A stretch of 64,000 nt of DNA from Haplodiscus bocki (Eukaryota): assembly GCA_965655095.1 (NCBI GenBank), contig OZ296649.1, positions 72,850,001 to 72,914,000 of the forward strand. Reading direction: 5' to 3'. The notes under the pieces were generated by a model. It was not told where the DNA came from. It worked only from the letters and a program-made list of their open reading frames with translations, and searched no databases. Numbering within the stretch: position 1 is the first letter of the stretch; every line of letters starts with the position of its first letter. Of this stretch, positions 14,515-25,013 are shown in pieces. The position numbers and the translations under genes are program-made.

Positions 14515-14941
14515 GTAACTATTCCTAGCACCGACCTCCAAATCAAGTCTCATAGCTCCGTATTCTAATTTTCAAAAAAAAATTCTCAATTAAACGAGCG
14601 ATATTCTAGACGCAATTACTTCACCATAAATGGCTGGCAAAATTTGAATGAAGATTCCGTTTTCTGTAAAATGAAACAAGCATTTCAGGATTTTTGATCA
14701 TCGGAATTGTAAAGAGTCTAGAACAACAAATTGATCAACTATTCTGTCGGTATTATAATGTGTACCTTCCATACCTCTAGATCATCCATTTCGCCAGCTT
14801 TCAGGGCCCTATACCTACTCTGGCAACGCTTTAGGTTACTTATCTTTCACCAGAACTTACAATTGAATACGTAAAATTCAGAGCTAAGAGACCCAATTTC
14901 AATTTCGGAGCTATGAATATTCGGAGCAATGAGACGTTACC
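14515..14941. mobile_element. Non-autonomous MULE/foldback-like MITE with subterminal CATAGCTCCG/CGGAGCTATG repeats
   Basis: Inverted ends GTAAC.../...GTTACC with tandem subterminal repeats. Near-perfect 9-bp TSD GAAAATTCA (14506-14514) / AAAAATTCA (14942-14950). Confidence 0.6.
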
Positions 14942-15227
14942 AAAAATTCATGCGAGTTCAAATAGGGTAATCACCTCGAATATCTTAAATTGTAATAATC
15001 GACATTTATCATAAGAACGCTCGATAAATTTTTCTTTCAAAGCGTCGGAAAAACTAATGAAAATTCATCTCAGAAAAGATGAATAATCTTTAAAAATATT
15101 GATAGTTCTCGAATATAGATTATTTAAATGTATCTAAAGCAAACTGCTTTTCGATAGCTCTTTTGAAGACTTTCCCAACCCTGCTAGCAACAACAAATTC
15201 ATCTAATTGACCCCGAAAAATATTGTT

Positions 15228-15352
15228 AGTAGTATTGTAAGGGGAGTTTGGTGCAATTTTGATTCCTTTGCAGCTTTTGCACAATTATGAAGGTTTTGCT
15301 TAATATTGACAAAGAAAGCTAGTTTGACAGCTTACTGATAAGTGAATCCACT
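15228..15352 (+). repeat. Polinton left terminal inverted repeat
   Basis: AGTAGTATTGTAAGGGG...TTCCTTTGCAG...CTAGTTTGACAGCTTACTGATA matches the reverse complement of 29434-29560. Confidence 0.93.
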
Positions 15353-15852
15353 AAAGGCAGCTATATTTGGACCAAATAAATAGCTATAAAGTTAAATACA
15401 CACTGAGCTAATTTCATCAATGCAAAGTTAAAATAAAACAAATCTACCAATTTAAGAGAACCATCATGGAAAAAAGTTTAAGAACTAAACTTTAGGTCGG
15501 CATGCAGCAACACCCAGTAAAAAAACGAAAATTTTCACGATCGAAGTAAAATTTAAAAAAGTAGTAACGAGGTATACAGAAGTAAAATACTGGTTTTACC
15601 TCTGCATACCACAAATTGACTGCCTCCAAGGGTTTCTAGCACAGACCCTAACACGCACGGCAGCCTCCATTGGTGCCGCGGATTGCAACCAACAACATGC
15701 GAGACACCGGGACTGTGCTAGAAAGTCTTTTTGTATTACATTAACATTACGGAAAACTCCACAGAAGAGGAAAGATTAAGTTACATAACCGAGTTGAAAA
15801 AATCTGCTGAAAATTCGAGTAGCTGTGTGTCATTTACTTGAACGCCACCGCG

Positions 15853-16703
15853 ATGACAAGTATCTTTCCTGAAGTCCCCAGCAACTTCTATTACCTGATA
15901 TTCTACTGCGAAAAGGATTTCGAAGGAGACCCACTTCCATCACCCTCAAAGACTACAAAAATATATGCTGAAACGAATGAAGTCGAATAACCAGGAACAC
16001 TGAATGAATTCTTAACAAAACTAGTAGCTTCAACGAACTGTGACTACACCGTAAGACTTCATGCTCATGGCTGTGAAGATATCTGCTCGGTGATAACACA
16101 GCCCCATTTTCATTTAATGTTTTACAGCAAGAGTTTTGTTGGCGCAGAAAACTATTTCAAAAACACTCTTGCCCTGACGCTCGGGAACAAAAAAAGACTC
16201 AAGGACTGTAAGGTTATGATGTGCAGTGTCACATATCCAGAAATCTGTTTGAAGAAGGAAATATCGGCATCAGCAAACACCCTCCGATTGTATGGCAACA
16301 GGCTGAAAAAGATGAAAGCCTCTCAATCAACTTCCGAGTTGGGATGTAAAATTAAAGTGATTTGGAAGTTCCAACGAGAATGCTATTCACCATTCAGTGG
16401 TATGGATGACACAGAAAGTGTTGCTCATTTGTGTAAGAAACTACAGGAACTACAAAAATCCGAAGCAGTTTTCAAAGATTCGGTTTTGGATTTCATTGAC
16501 AAACTCATGCGTGGTTTTGGGCCAATGGAGGCTTCACATCACAACAGCATATTGAAAGTCGACTTGGGTTGTTCCAATGCTTAATGTCATTGTTGCGAAT
16601 GCGTTGAAGCACAAAACTCAAGCATTCCATTCTACTGTAAAGATGATTTGAACTATCATTCAAATTTATTCACTTTTGTTGATGAGAATACTCAATTTCC
16701 TTG
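15853..16703 (+). pseudogene. Polinton ORF of unknown function with an HUH-like motif and C-terminal Cys cluster
   Basis: Single frame from ATG 15853 with in-frame stops at 15988 and 16582. Contains FYYLIFY, LHAHG, QPHFHLMF and CSNA*CHCCEC. Confidence 0.6.
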
Positions 16704-16768
16704 AAGCATTTTAAATTCAAACTTCAATCAAAACGGTTGCTTTTTACCTAATATCAGAGTAAAACACC

Positions 16769-17344
16769 ATGCACAAAATTTTGACTGCGCAAGAACTAGA
16801 TGACACTATAAATAAGATAACATTTCTGTCTCCCAAAAACGCTCGACGCAAAAATGCATTTTTAGCCGTTTGTTATAGTTTGAATAACGAAATAAATTTG
16901 CGTTACTTCTTGAAAAGTAATTATAATGTTGGACCTAGTTACGTTTATGCAATATCGAAGAAACCAATTTTCGCGAACAGTATTTTTCTAGGACATATCA
17001 ATGGCTGAGCATATTGGCTTGTGATAAAATTTTGCAAAAACTCAGATTACAGAGAGTTTTCACTTTAATCAATTTCACTTTAAGTTTCACAGATATCAGT
17101 CGTGCGTTCCTACGTCGAGACATCCATTTCTTTTCCCATTTCGAGCACCACAAGCCTGACTGGACGAACAAACCCTAGAACGACATTAGTCTGTTTAGAG
17201 CAGCCAACACTTGCGAGTTCAAAAAATCGATTTAATCTCAATCGGATAAATTTGGATTTGACAGAGCTGCAACGACTTCACCATATTTTGAGTGTTTTAC
17301 TAAATTTGGCAGGTTATCAGTCTACTCTTGATCAACAGGCATGA
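16769..17344 (+). pseudogene. Polinton hypothetical ORF remnant(s)
   Basis: Co-oriented ORF fragments 16769..17008 and 17102..17344 packed in the plus-strand gene block; no recognisable motif. Confidence 0.35.
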
Positions 17345-17633
17345 CAAAGAGCCTCAGCAATGCTGATTTTCCTGACTCGATCAACATTGAAAACGTTATC
17401 TTTGACAAGCAGAAGAAAGAAAGATCTTCCTTTGAGGCAAAATTAAGCTGCCTCGAAAAAACTACATGCAACAGAGTTTTTTCATTTTGACACTCCACTA
17501 TTCTATCATTTTCGTGGTTGTTTTGTTCAGTATTGGTTTCTTGACCTTCAATTCTAAAACCAACTATCATTCTGGAGTGCTAGCATTGTTATCAGCTTGC
17601 ATTGTATATATCATACCAGGGCCAAAAGCATGA
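17341..17633 (+). pseudogene. Small two-transmembrane-helix Polinton protein (one frameshift)
   Basis: MTKSLSN...AKLSCLEKTTCNR, frameshift, then FILTLHYSIIFVVVLFSIGFLTF...SGVLALLSACIVYIIPGPKA*. Its stop overlaps the ATPase start (ATGA, 17630-17633). Confidence 0.65.
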
Positions 17634-18307
17634 ACAAAAAAATTAAGACAAACCCTCATTGCTTTCTGTCGGTCATTGGCCCGGGTGGATGTGGTAAAAC
17701 TCAACTGGTATCACGAATACTCCTCAACCAAAAGATCATTTTTAAACCCTGCTTCGAGAAAATTTTGTACTTTTATAAACATTTCCAAACTGAATACCAA
17801 TCGCTTCTATTGGGATGCACACGTGAAAAAAGATCAATTGAATTTCATCAAAGACTTCAATGGACAGCAGCTGACAGGAGTGAGGCTGAGAAACTAAGAA
17901 CACTAGTAGTTATCGACGATCTCTATCAAGATGCGTGCGAAAATGGAACGTTCCTTAACTTGGTTGTTGCTGGAAGACATCGAAACATACATTTGCTGAC
18001 TGTCAGACATAACTTTTACCAACCCGCAAAAAACTCGAAAACGATCGATCTCAACGTAACACAAATGATTCTCTTCAAAAATCCTCGGGATGTTGAACAA
18101 CTTGGGGTATTAGGTAGACAACTGGGCGACAGAAAAGTTCTCCTGGAAGCTTATAAAAGAGCTACATCAGAACCTTTTGGTCATTTATTGATTGATTTGG
18201 ATCCGCAAACGGATCCCAAACTTAAATACTCTTCAAACTGTAGCGGAGACCAGCCTATTGTTTTTTTATGTTTCCTCAACCCTAACAAAAGAGATCATCA
18301 AAAATGA
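17630..18307 (+). pseudogene. A32/FtsK-like genome-packaging ATPase
   Basis: Walker A GPGGCGKT, Walker B LVVIDD, and GRHRNIH motif typical of Polinton/NCLDV packaging ATPases; frameshift near the 3' end. Confidence 0.92.
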
Positions 18308-18630
18308 GTCAGCGCAAAATTTTATATTCTTGAACAGTTCAGTAAATTTAAACCTGTTTAAAAACAGTCATTTGTTTTACACTGTCCTGCTGAAATTATC
18401 AAATTTTTCTGCAATTGTCTTTTTAACGTTGTCAAATTAAAATGACTGCGGACGTTTCAGCAAGAAAACTAAAGAGGCATGAAGCCAATATTGCAATTAT
18501 CTGTAAAAAGAAGAGCCCGATTAAGAAAAAGCGTCAGCTTCTAGCTACCAGAAAAGGTATCCAGCTTCTGAAACTGATCGAATTTTCTGTTCCGAATCAT
18601 TTGAGGAAACGACTCGACATTAAGCAGTAG
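18304..18630 (+). pseudogene. Small basic conserved Polinton protein (putative core/DNA-condensing)
   Basis: Fragments CPAEIIKFFCNCLFNVV and KLKRHEANIAIICKKKSPIKKKRQLLATRKGIQLLKLI; Lys/Arg-rich and in the usual position after the ATPase. Confidence 0.55.
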
Positions 18631-18631
18631 C

Positions 18632-19282
18632 ATGAAAGAATTTGTGTTGATAACGTTGGACGAATGCACGTCTCTAATTTCTTCCGAAAATCAAGTCAAC
18701 CACGAAAAAACATCCCTCTCGGCATCACGGGACACAACCAGGTCAGAAGACACTCTGAACTCTCAGACTGATTTGCAAGACAAAAGCAATTCCGAGTTCG
18801 ACGACGAAAAAGTTTGCACTCAATTAAATTTGAATTCTAGACTGAAAGAGGCACAAAAACGGAAAGAAAAAACTTCTGATGATGCTCTAGCTGACCGGGC
18901 CAAAACATTAGCAAAAACAGACCAAATTGTTCTCGGTTTATTGTCTTCGGGACTATCTGGTGGCAAAGTTGAGCGGACAAGGCAGATTCTCCAAAAAGTC
19001 GATCAATGCAATGTCATATCGATCGATCGTAACTCCGGTCGACTGATGCTTCATGGCCGAGATCTAGGTTCGACGGTCTTCGACTTTTTGAATGATTTAC
19101 AAACAACCACAAAAAACATGAATGAAGGAACCCTAGATCTAATTAGACGGTTAAAGTTGCCAAACTTTTTACTTGCGAATACACATGCAAAACGCGTAGG
19201 AACGGAAGTGGCCGACTATGACGATAACGGCAAGGATGAAATTGGAAGTGGCTCCACAGCCAACTGGTTCCGACTATACTGA
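18632..19282 (+). CDS. Polinton hypothetical protein (216 aa), frame intact
   Basis: Uninterrupted ORF within the Polinton gene block, ending WFRLY. Confidence 0.6.
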   Translation: MKEFVLITLDECTSLISSENQVNHEKTSLSASRDTTRSEDTLNSQTDLQDKSNSEFDDEKVCTQLNLNSRLKEAQKRKEKTSDDALADRAKTLAKTDQIVLGLLSSGLSGGKVERTRQILQKVDQCNVISIDRNSGRLMLHGRDLGSTVFDFLNDLQTTTKNMNEGTLDLIRRLKLPNFLLANTHAKRVGTEVADYDDNGKDEIGSGSTANWFRLY

Positions 19283-19399
19283 GCAGGTGCGTCTTGCTAA
19301 TTCATTCAACAAGAGAAACCTTCCCAAACAGTTGATTGTTCAATGAACAGAAATGAGGCAGAGAAAAACTGGTGGTGGAACAAAAGTCAATGGAAAAAT

Positions 19400-20569
19400 A
19401 AAATACTACTGTGGCAATTCCGCGAAAGAGTTAGGCAAAGGTTGACGTCAAAAGCCTTTTATATGGTGCAACATTTGTGGTCGAGTATATTTCAATTGCA
19501 GCGGTCTTCGAGTCGATGACTATAAAAAGACTTGACTTTCTCCGTTCAAAATGTGCGGTGACACGGAAACTTGCCAATTCCACAGCGGAGTCTTTAGCCT
19601 ACAGCAAAATACATCACGTTTACACATCTTGCAACAACCCAGCAGGAATCGCCAGCAGAAATGCTCTCAAGAAAGCGTCGAAATGCAGCCAGCTACAAAC
19701 AAGTTGACAATTTTTTAAATCGGAGTGAGACTTATACCAAATTCAATAACCAAAAATCGCTTCCCTAGGCTGAAGGTCCAGAGTTTTCGATTGAATGAAA
19801 TTTGGTCCGTTGATTTGGGCGATATGCAAAAACTATCTCGCTACAACCATGGAATTAACTTCATTTTTATCGCGGTAGACACTCTGAGCCCCTTTGTCTG
19901 GGCGCTGCCATTGAGAAAAAAGACTTCATCAGAATGTAAAAACGCGTTGTAAAAAATAATGGAAGCCCTTCGCGCGCGAAAAAAAGATCAACGGAAACGA
20001 TGAAACCGAAGTGTTGTCGGCCCAATTCAAAATCTGAGCCTAAACCTGAAAAAATGTGGGTTGACGAGGGCCGAGAGTTTGCCGGTGAATTTTCTCCATT
20101 CTGCAGAGACAATGATATCGACCTTTATTCGACACATAAAGAAACCGAATCGGCGTTTGCAGACCGAAACATCCGATCTTTGAAAGCAATAATTTTCAAA
20201 TGTCTAACGAAAACAACACAGACACGTAAATTGAAAATTTACAGCAATTCGTAAACGTGATTAATTGTCGAGTGAATCGCATCACGGAGCTAGCGCCGAA
20301 ACACGTTGAAAAAAGCGATGAACCGTATCTGATTTCCCTCCAAACTTGCAACCAAATTCGCGAGCCCAAAAAAAATTGGCCAGCAAGTCAGAATAAAACG
20401 AAAAATTCAAACATTTCATAGAGGGTAACGCATTCAGTTTACAGATGAGGTTTTCACCATTAACTCACTTCAATCACTGAACACTCCCACATACACCATA
20501 AAACACGCCAACAATCAGTTGATTCAAGGCAAATTCTATGAACCCGAACTGACCCTCTTTGAAAAATAG
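19400..20569 (+). pseudogene. Polinton retroviral-like (rve) integrase with degenerate N-terminal PHD-like finger
   Basis: WSVDLGDM, FIAVDTLS, KPEKMWVDEGREF and AFADRNIRSLK (DDE core); C-terminal IQGKFYEPEL. Upstream remnant YYCGN..IWCNICG.VYFNCSGL..DFLRSKC. Multiple frameshifts and stops. Confidence 0.9.
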
Positions 20570-20619
20570 CTTCTTTCACAAGTTTTTCTAATCGACACCC
20601 CATCAAAAACAAGGTCACT

Positions 20620-21586
20620 GAAGGAATTTACTATAAATTTAGTGTCCAACGCATCCATGGCGACGTTTGCTGACAACACGTTGGCGGATTTTACAACACT
20701 ATGACCCGAACAACCTAACCTAACTGGTCTCTGGGAAGTGGCTTTAGCCGAAATTGCATGGCCCGCAGCAATACAAAATATAACGTCTGGCAATTTCAAG
20801 TATCGAGTCGCGCCGGGAGAACAAGATGACAACGATTTTAGCGGTAGCAGCAGCACAGACACTCGAAAAAGAAAGCTAAATGAAAGGCCATACGGCATGG
20901 TTACAATGTGCGAACTACCATTACGTCCTGTTCAAAAGGCAATCATTGAAAAAGTCGAAGCATCAACCCAGGTATCTATTTAAGCGTTGATCAAATTTTG
21001 CGTTCAATTTGCAAGAAAATTTTTGGGAGGCACGTGAAGGACAAGTTTCCTCTCTCGTGGAAACTGGATGCCGCATCAGAAGCTCTGAAACTCTATTATG
21101 AAGGTAGTGAACAAGAGTGTAAAATTTTGGAAACTATATCCAAACAAGAGTTGCAGATTGTTTTGGGCATGAAAACAATCATTGACTGTTCTGAAATAGG
21201 CAAAACCAACAAGCAAACTAACAACTCAGTGCTTTCCAAAACAATGGGAAAACTTCCGATAGACCTTACTGGTCGCTGCAACACAATTTTTGGATATTGC
21301 AATTTGGTGCAAAATGAAATTTTGGCAGACAGTCGAACTGCATTGCTGCGAGCCATTCCATTGACAGAGCGACCGGCTACTGGGAATCAGCAGCAGCAGC
21401 AGCAGAGCAGAATTATCGCGCGTTTGGCAACCTCCAATGGCGCCGCGTCGTAAAGTCTAGCGTAGAGTCTATTTCATATCGCTCCGGAACGAAACAGGCC
21501 AGTTGGTTACAGGCCAGTTGCTTCCGTTTCTCAGTCGCGGTCGGACAAACTTGACTTTCCACTTTCGACAACGCCTTGAACAATGA
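20620..21586 (+). pseudogene. Minor capsid (penton-like) protein
   Basis: FTINLVSNASMATFADNTLADFTT...GLWEVALAEIAWP at the N-terminus; YCNLVQNEILADSRTALLRAIP...TNLTFHFR at the C-terminus. Both are typical of Polinton minor capsid proteins. Confidence 0.85.
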
Positions 21587-21755
21587 GACAAAGGACTACT
21601 AAACTGAATTTCATCATCATCAAGATCATCTTCGTCTTCAACGACCGAAAAAAAAGTCGGTACCAAGAACATCATCATCAACACCATTCCTTTGCAAAAC
21701 AGTTCAAAAAAACTGTCGGACCAATTTTTGCAGGCTACTGCTGCTGCTCTCTCAA

Positions 21756-22270
21756 ATGGATGCGCATTATGACTTTCAAATTCGACAGCAGCATCGGCAA
21801 TCTACCTTTCACGGACCAGCGCGATAGTTTGGCTCTGGTGGAATGAGTGCGTTTGCCATGCGAATGGGGCGAGTGGCGATGCCGTTGATGAAAAAGTATG
21901 TTTTGCCAGTGGCCAAAGAATTTGGCAAAAGTCTGGCTTCTTCATTTGTTCCCGAATTTGCAAACATTATTTCTGGTAAAAAGAGACCTCGGAAAAATAT
22001 TCGAGATGTTTTGAAGCATTCAGCAAACAAAACAATTGCCAAGGCCACCGGAAGCCGAGGCGCCGCGACAGGCACCGGAGCGGGCGGCGGGCCGGGCGCG
22101 GGAAATGCCGCGAGCGGGCGGGCGACCAGTCACCCCCAGCTAGAAAAAAAATTGTCAAAGACGGTAACAAATCTTCAGCCGGCAATCCTTCAATCGCAGA
22201 AGAAGTCATTGTGAAAAAGAGTCCCGCCAAGAGAAGTCGGTCCGATAATTTATTCAAAATCATTTTTAGT
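21756..22270 (+). pseudogene. Amphipathic/basic virion-core-like protein (possible protease substrate)
   Basis: MDAHYDFQ...FHGPAR*FGSGGMSAFAMRMGRVAMPLMKKYVLPVAKEFGKSL; amphipathic helix after a GxG motif, between the minor and major capsid genes. Confidence 0.6.
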
Positions 22271-22300
22271 TGATGAAAAGAGGCTCCGGCAATATCCACA

Positions 22301-23666
22301 ATGGCAGCGAGTAACAACAATGCGACAGCTTTATTCAGTCGATCAACAGAAATTGCACAATCCCGTGAAACACAGTGCGCTTGACTTTTTCGAAAGCCCA
22401 AGCGTTTTGATTAATTACGAAGGATCCTTCGATCAATAAGTTTTTCCCCACGTCGGCTGTCGTTGACCGCAATTGGATTTCTTTGTAACCGCCGAAAACA
22501 AGAATTGTATCGATTTGAACCGCATTTGTTTGGCTATAGAAGTGTGCCTCCCTCAACCTGATGGCACAGAAAAGGTCAAACCAGCAGATGTTGATCTGAC
22601 GTTTGCAAACAACACTTTACATTCTTTGTTTTCACACGCAGAGATGTTCTTGAACGGAAAAATGATTTTTAGCAGCAATAACAATTATAACCACTTAGCA
22701 TTAATCGAAACCGAATTGACCAAAGTCATTGCCAGTAAACTTACGTAGGCCCAGTGTCAAGGTTATAAGTACAGAGCAAACGGCAAAGCAGACCAACGAG
22801 TAAAAGAGAAAACTGAATGAGTTCAGAAAGGGCGAACAATTTATTCTGGAGCTGTATGGAGCACCACATATAGATTTTTTGCATTGTGAACGGCTTTTGT
22901 TGCCGGGTGTTACACTCCATTTGCGGTTTTACAGATCCCCAAACACTTGCGCAATCGAGAGCGTGGGTACGTGGGCGGCGGCAGACATCAAGCGAGTTGA
23001 CCAGACAACGTACGCAGTAGTCATTGAAAGAGCCTCTCTGTTTGTCAACAAAGTTGTCTTGTCAGATGCTGTCAAAGTCAGCAATGAAAGAGCTTCGGCA
23101 AAAAGCCCAGCTGTTTACCCATATATTGAAAGTCTAAACAAAAGTCTCATCATTCAGGCTGGACAAAATTAATTTATTAAAGAGAATATCTTCGGCCCGG
23201 AACCTCTGCGGAGATTGACTCTTTGTATGGTTAGAAACAAGTTTTTCCGTGATCAAAAACTGAATCAACGCCTTTCCAATACAAAAAATTTCTTTTGAGC
23301 AAAATCGAAATTCAGCGTGGCAACGGCGTTCCGATTGCTGGTACACCGATTGACACCACCAAAAACACTCGTCTCTTTTACAACAGAATTTGTGCTCCTG
23401 GTTTCACAAAAGGCGGCAATGGAATCGAAATGGCCGATTTTGAAGCGAATCACTACTTTTTAGTGTTCGATTTGCCTTCGGCAAGAGCAGCTGGCAAAGC
23501 TCTCACCTTAATTCCAGAGCTCACAGGCGCCGGTATCACATTGAAATTGAGCTTTGCAGAGGCACTGAGTCATCCGGTAGAGCTATTTCTTGTCGGTGAA
23601 GGCTTCAGTCAAATCTTTATTGACGGCACGCCCAACATTTCGAAAAACAGCCTCATCAATGGATAA
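22301..23666 (+). pseudogene. Major capsid protein (double jelly-roll, hexon-like)
   Basis: LDFFESPSV, FANNTLHSLFSHAEMFLNG, ERLLLPGVTLHLRFYRS, YFLVFDL, ITLKLSFAEAL; several stops and frameshifts. Confidence 0.9.
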
Positions 23667-24260
23667 CATAACTCTTGCTGAAGTAGCCCAAACGTGTTGC
23701 GCTTCCTCGAGATCAAAAGTTGTTGGAGTATGGTCGGCCGACAATTTTGGTTTGATCTACTCTTTGCCCCGCCGCCGAGAAAAAGCTAGAATGCAGCAAA
23801 AAAATTAAATGAAAGTAAACGATTTAGTTCAATCCTGTTCCATTATAAACACTTCACCAAGCAGAGCTTTCGGAGCGCATTGGCTTCTTCTGCTTCCATT
23901 GTATGATCAACAACAGCAGAGCAACAGCCAAGAGGAAGGAACTTTCTTTTTCTCTGTATGGGATCCTTTGGGCCAACTTGTAGAACGCTATCAATTATTC
24001 TATGACCAGTTGCTGAAAGTTTCGAAACTAAACCAAAACTAAAAAATTTCAAGACCTCAGATTCCCAATCCAGTCTCCACATTCAAACACTTGTGGTCTT
24101 TGTTGCCTCTATATTGCGCACTAGTTGTTTCAAAAAATTGAACAACAATCAGTCAGCTTTCGCAATTTTGATTCCTGTATTTTGTCTGTATTCCAGCCAC
24201 TGGAAAATTTACAGGATTTGGATTTAGTTTTGTTTTGCAATGACCACTGTAATACATAGC
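23659..24260 (+). pseudogene. Adenain-like cysteine maturation protease
   Basis: GVWSADNF, IINTSPS..GAHWLLL (His), WDPLG (Asp), IQSPHSNTCGLCC (Gln/Cys). Confidence 0.88.
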
Positions 24261-24289
24261 TTTTGTAAAAAATAATTTAGCTTTTGAAT

Positions 24290-25012
24290 TCCCACACTTT
24301 CACCTTTTTGAGTCAGAGTTAATGACTTTAGTTTTTCCTACAGGACTAATACTGTGCATGTTGAGGTTAATTGCTCCATTGAGATTGATTTTTAGAGCGT
24401 TTGCTTTTCTTCAGAGTGGACACTGCGACTTCACTGTCATCACTTTCTTGAGAATTTCCCGTATCCTCAGCCTCATAATCAATGAAGGGGCAGATAGGAA
24501 GCCTTTTAGATGCTAGACTCGTTTCATCGTCAGTGAAATGGTCAAAATCCACACATTGAGCTTCTTCGTCAAAACCAAGGTCATTTTGTTCATTGAGATA
24601 GTATCCAGGGTCAGGGCCGGCTGAGAAAAAAGTTTACCTAAAAACGAAAGTCCATTTGAAATCAATTTTTGAACACTCCAGAAAGAAATGTGTCGAGTCA
24701 AAATGATGCTTTGCCCTATCAAAATGTTTAGAAGTTACTCACAAAAAGAACTGGCAGCTTTCCATGCCTTTGCCAAGGGTCCGTGATTGTGGACAAAGAG
24801 ACTGCTAACGTTAGAACTGGTTTGAGCCTCCTTGTCTCGATCGCTTGTTGTAGAAATAACACTGTCACTATGAACATCACCAGCATCATCATCATCATTA
24901 AACTCAGACGAACTGGATTCAGAAAAAGAGTCAATATCAACTAAACAAAAAGGAACGGTTCGCATTTTTCTTTAGACTTGATTTTATTTGTGCTGAGACT
25001 TTTCCTTGTCAT
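24290..25012 (-). pseudogene. Acidic Polinton ORF remnant downstream of PolB
   Basis: ATG at 25012 immediately after the PolB stop; Asp/Glu/Ser-rich fragments 24735..24965 and 24367..24552. Confidence 0.45.
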
Positions 25013-25013
25013 T

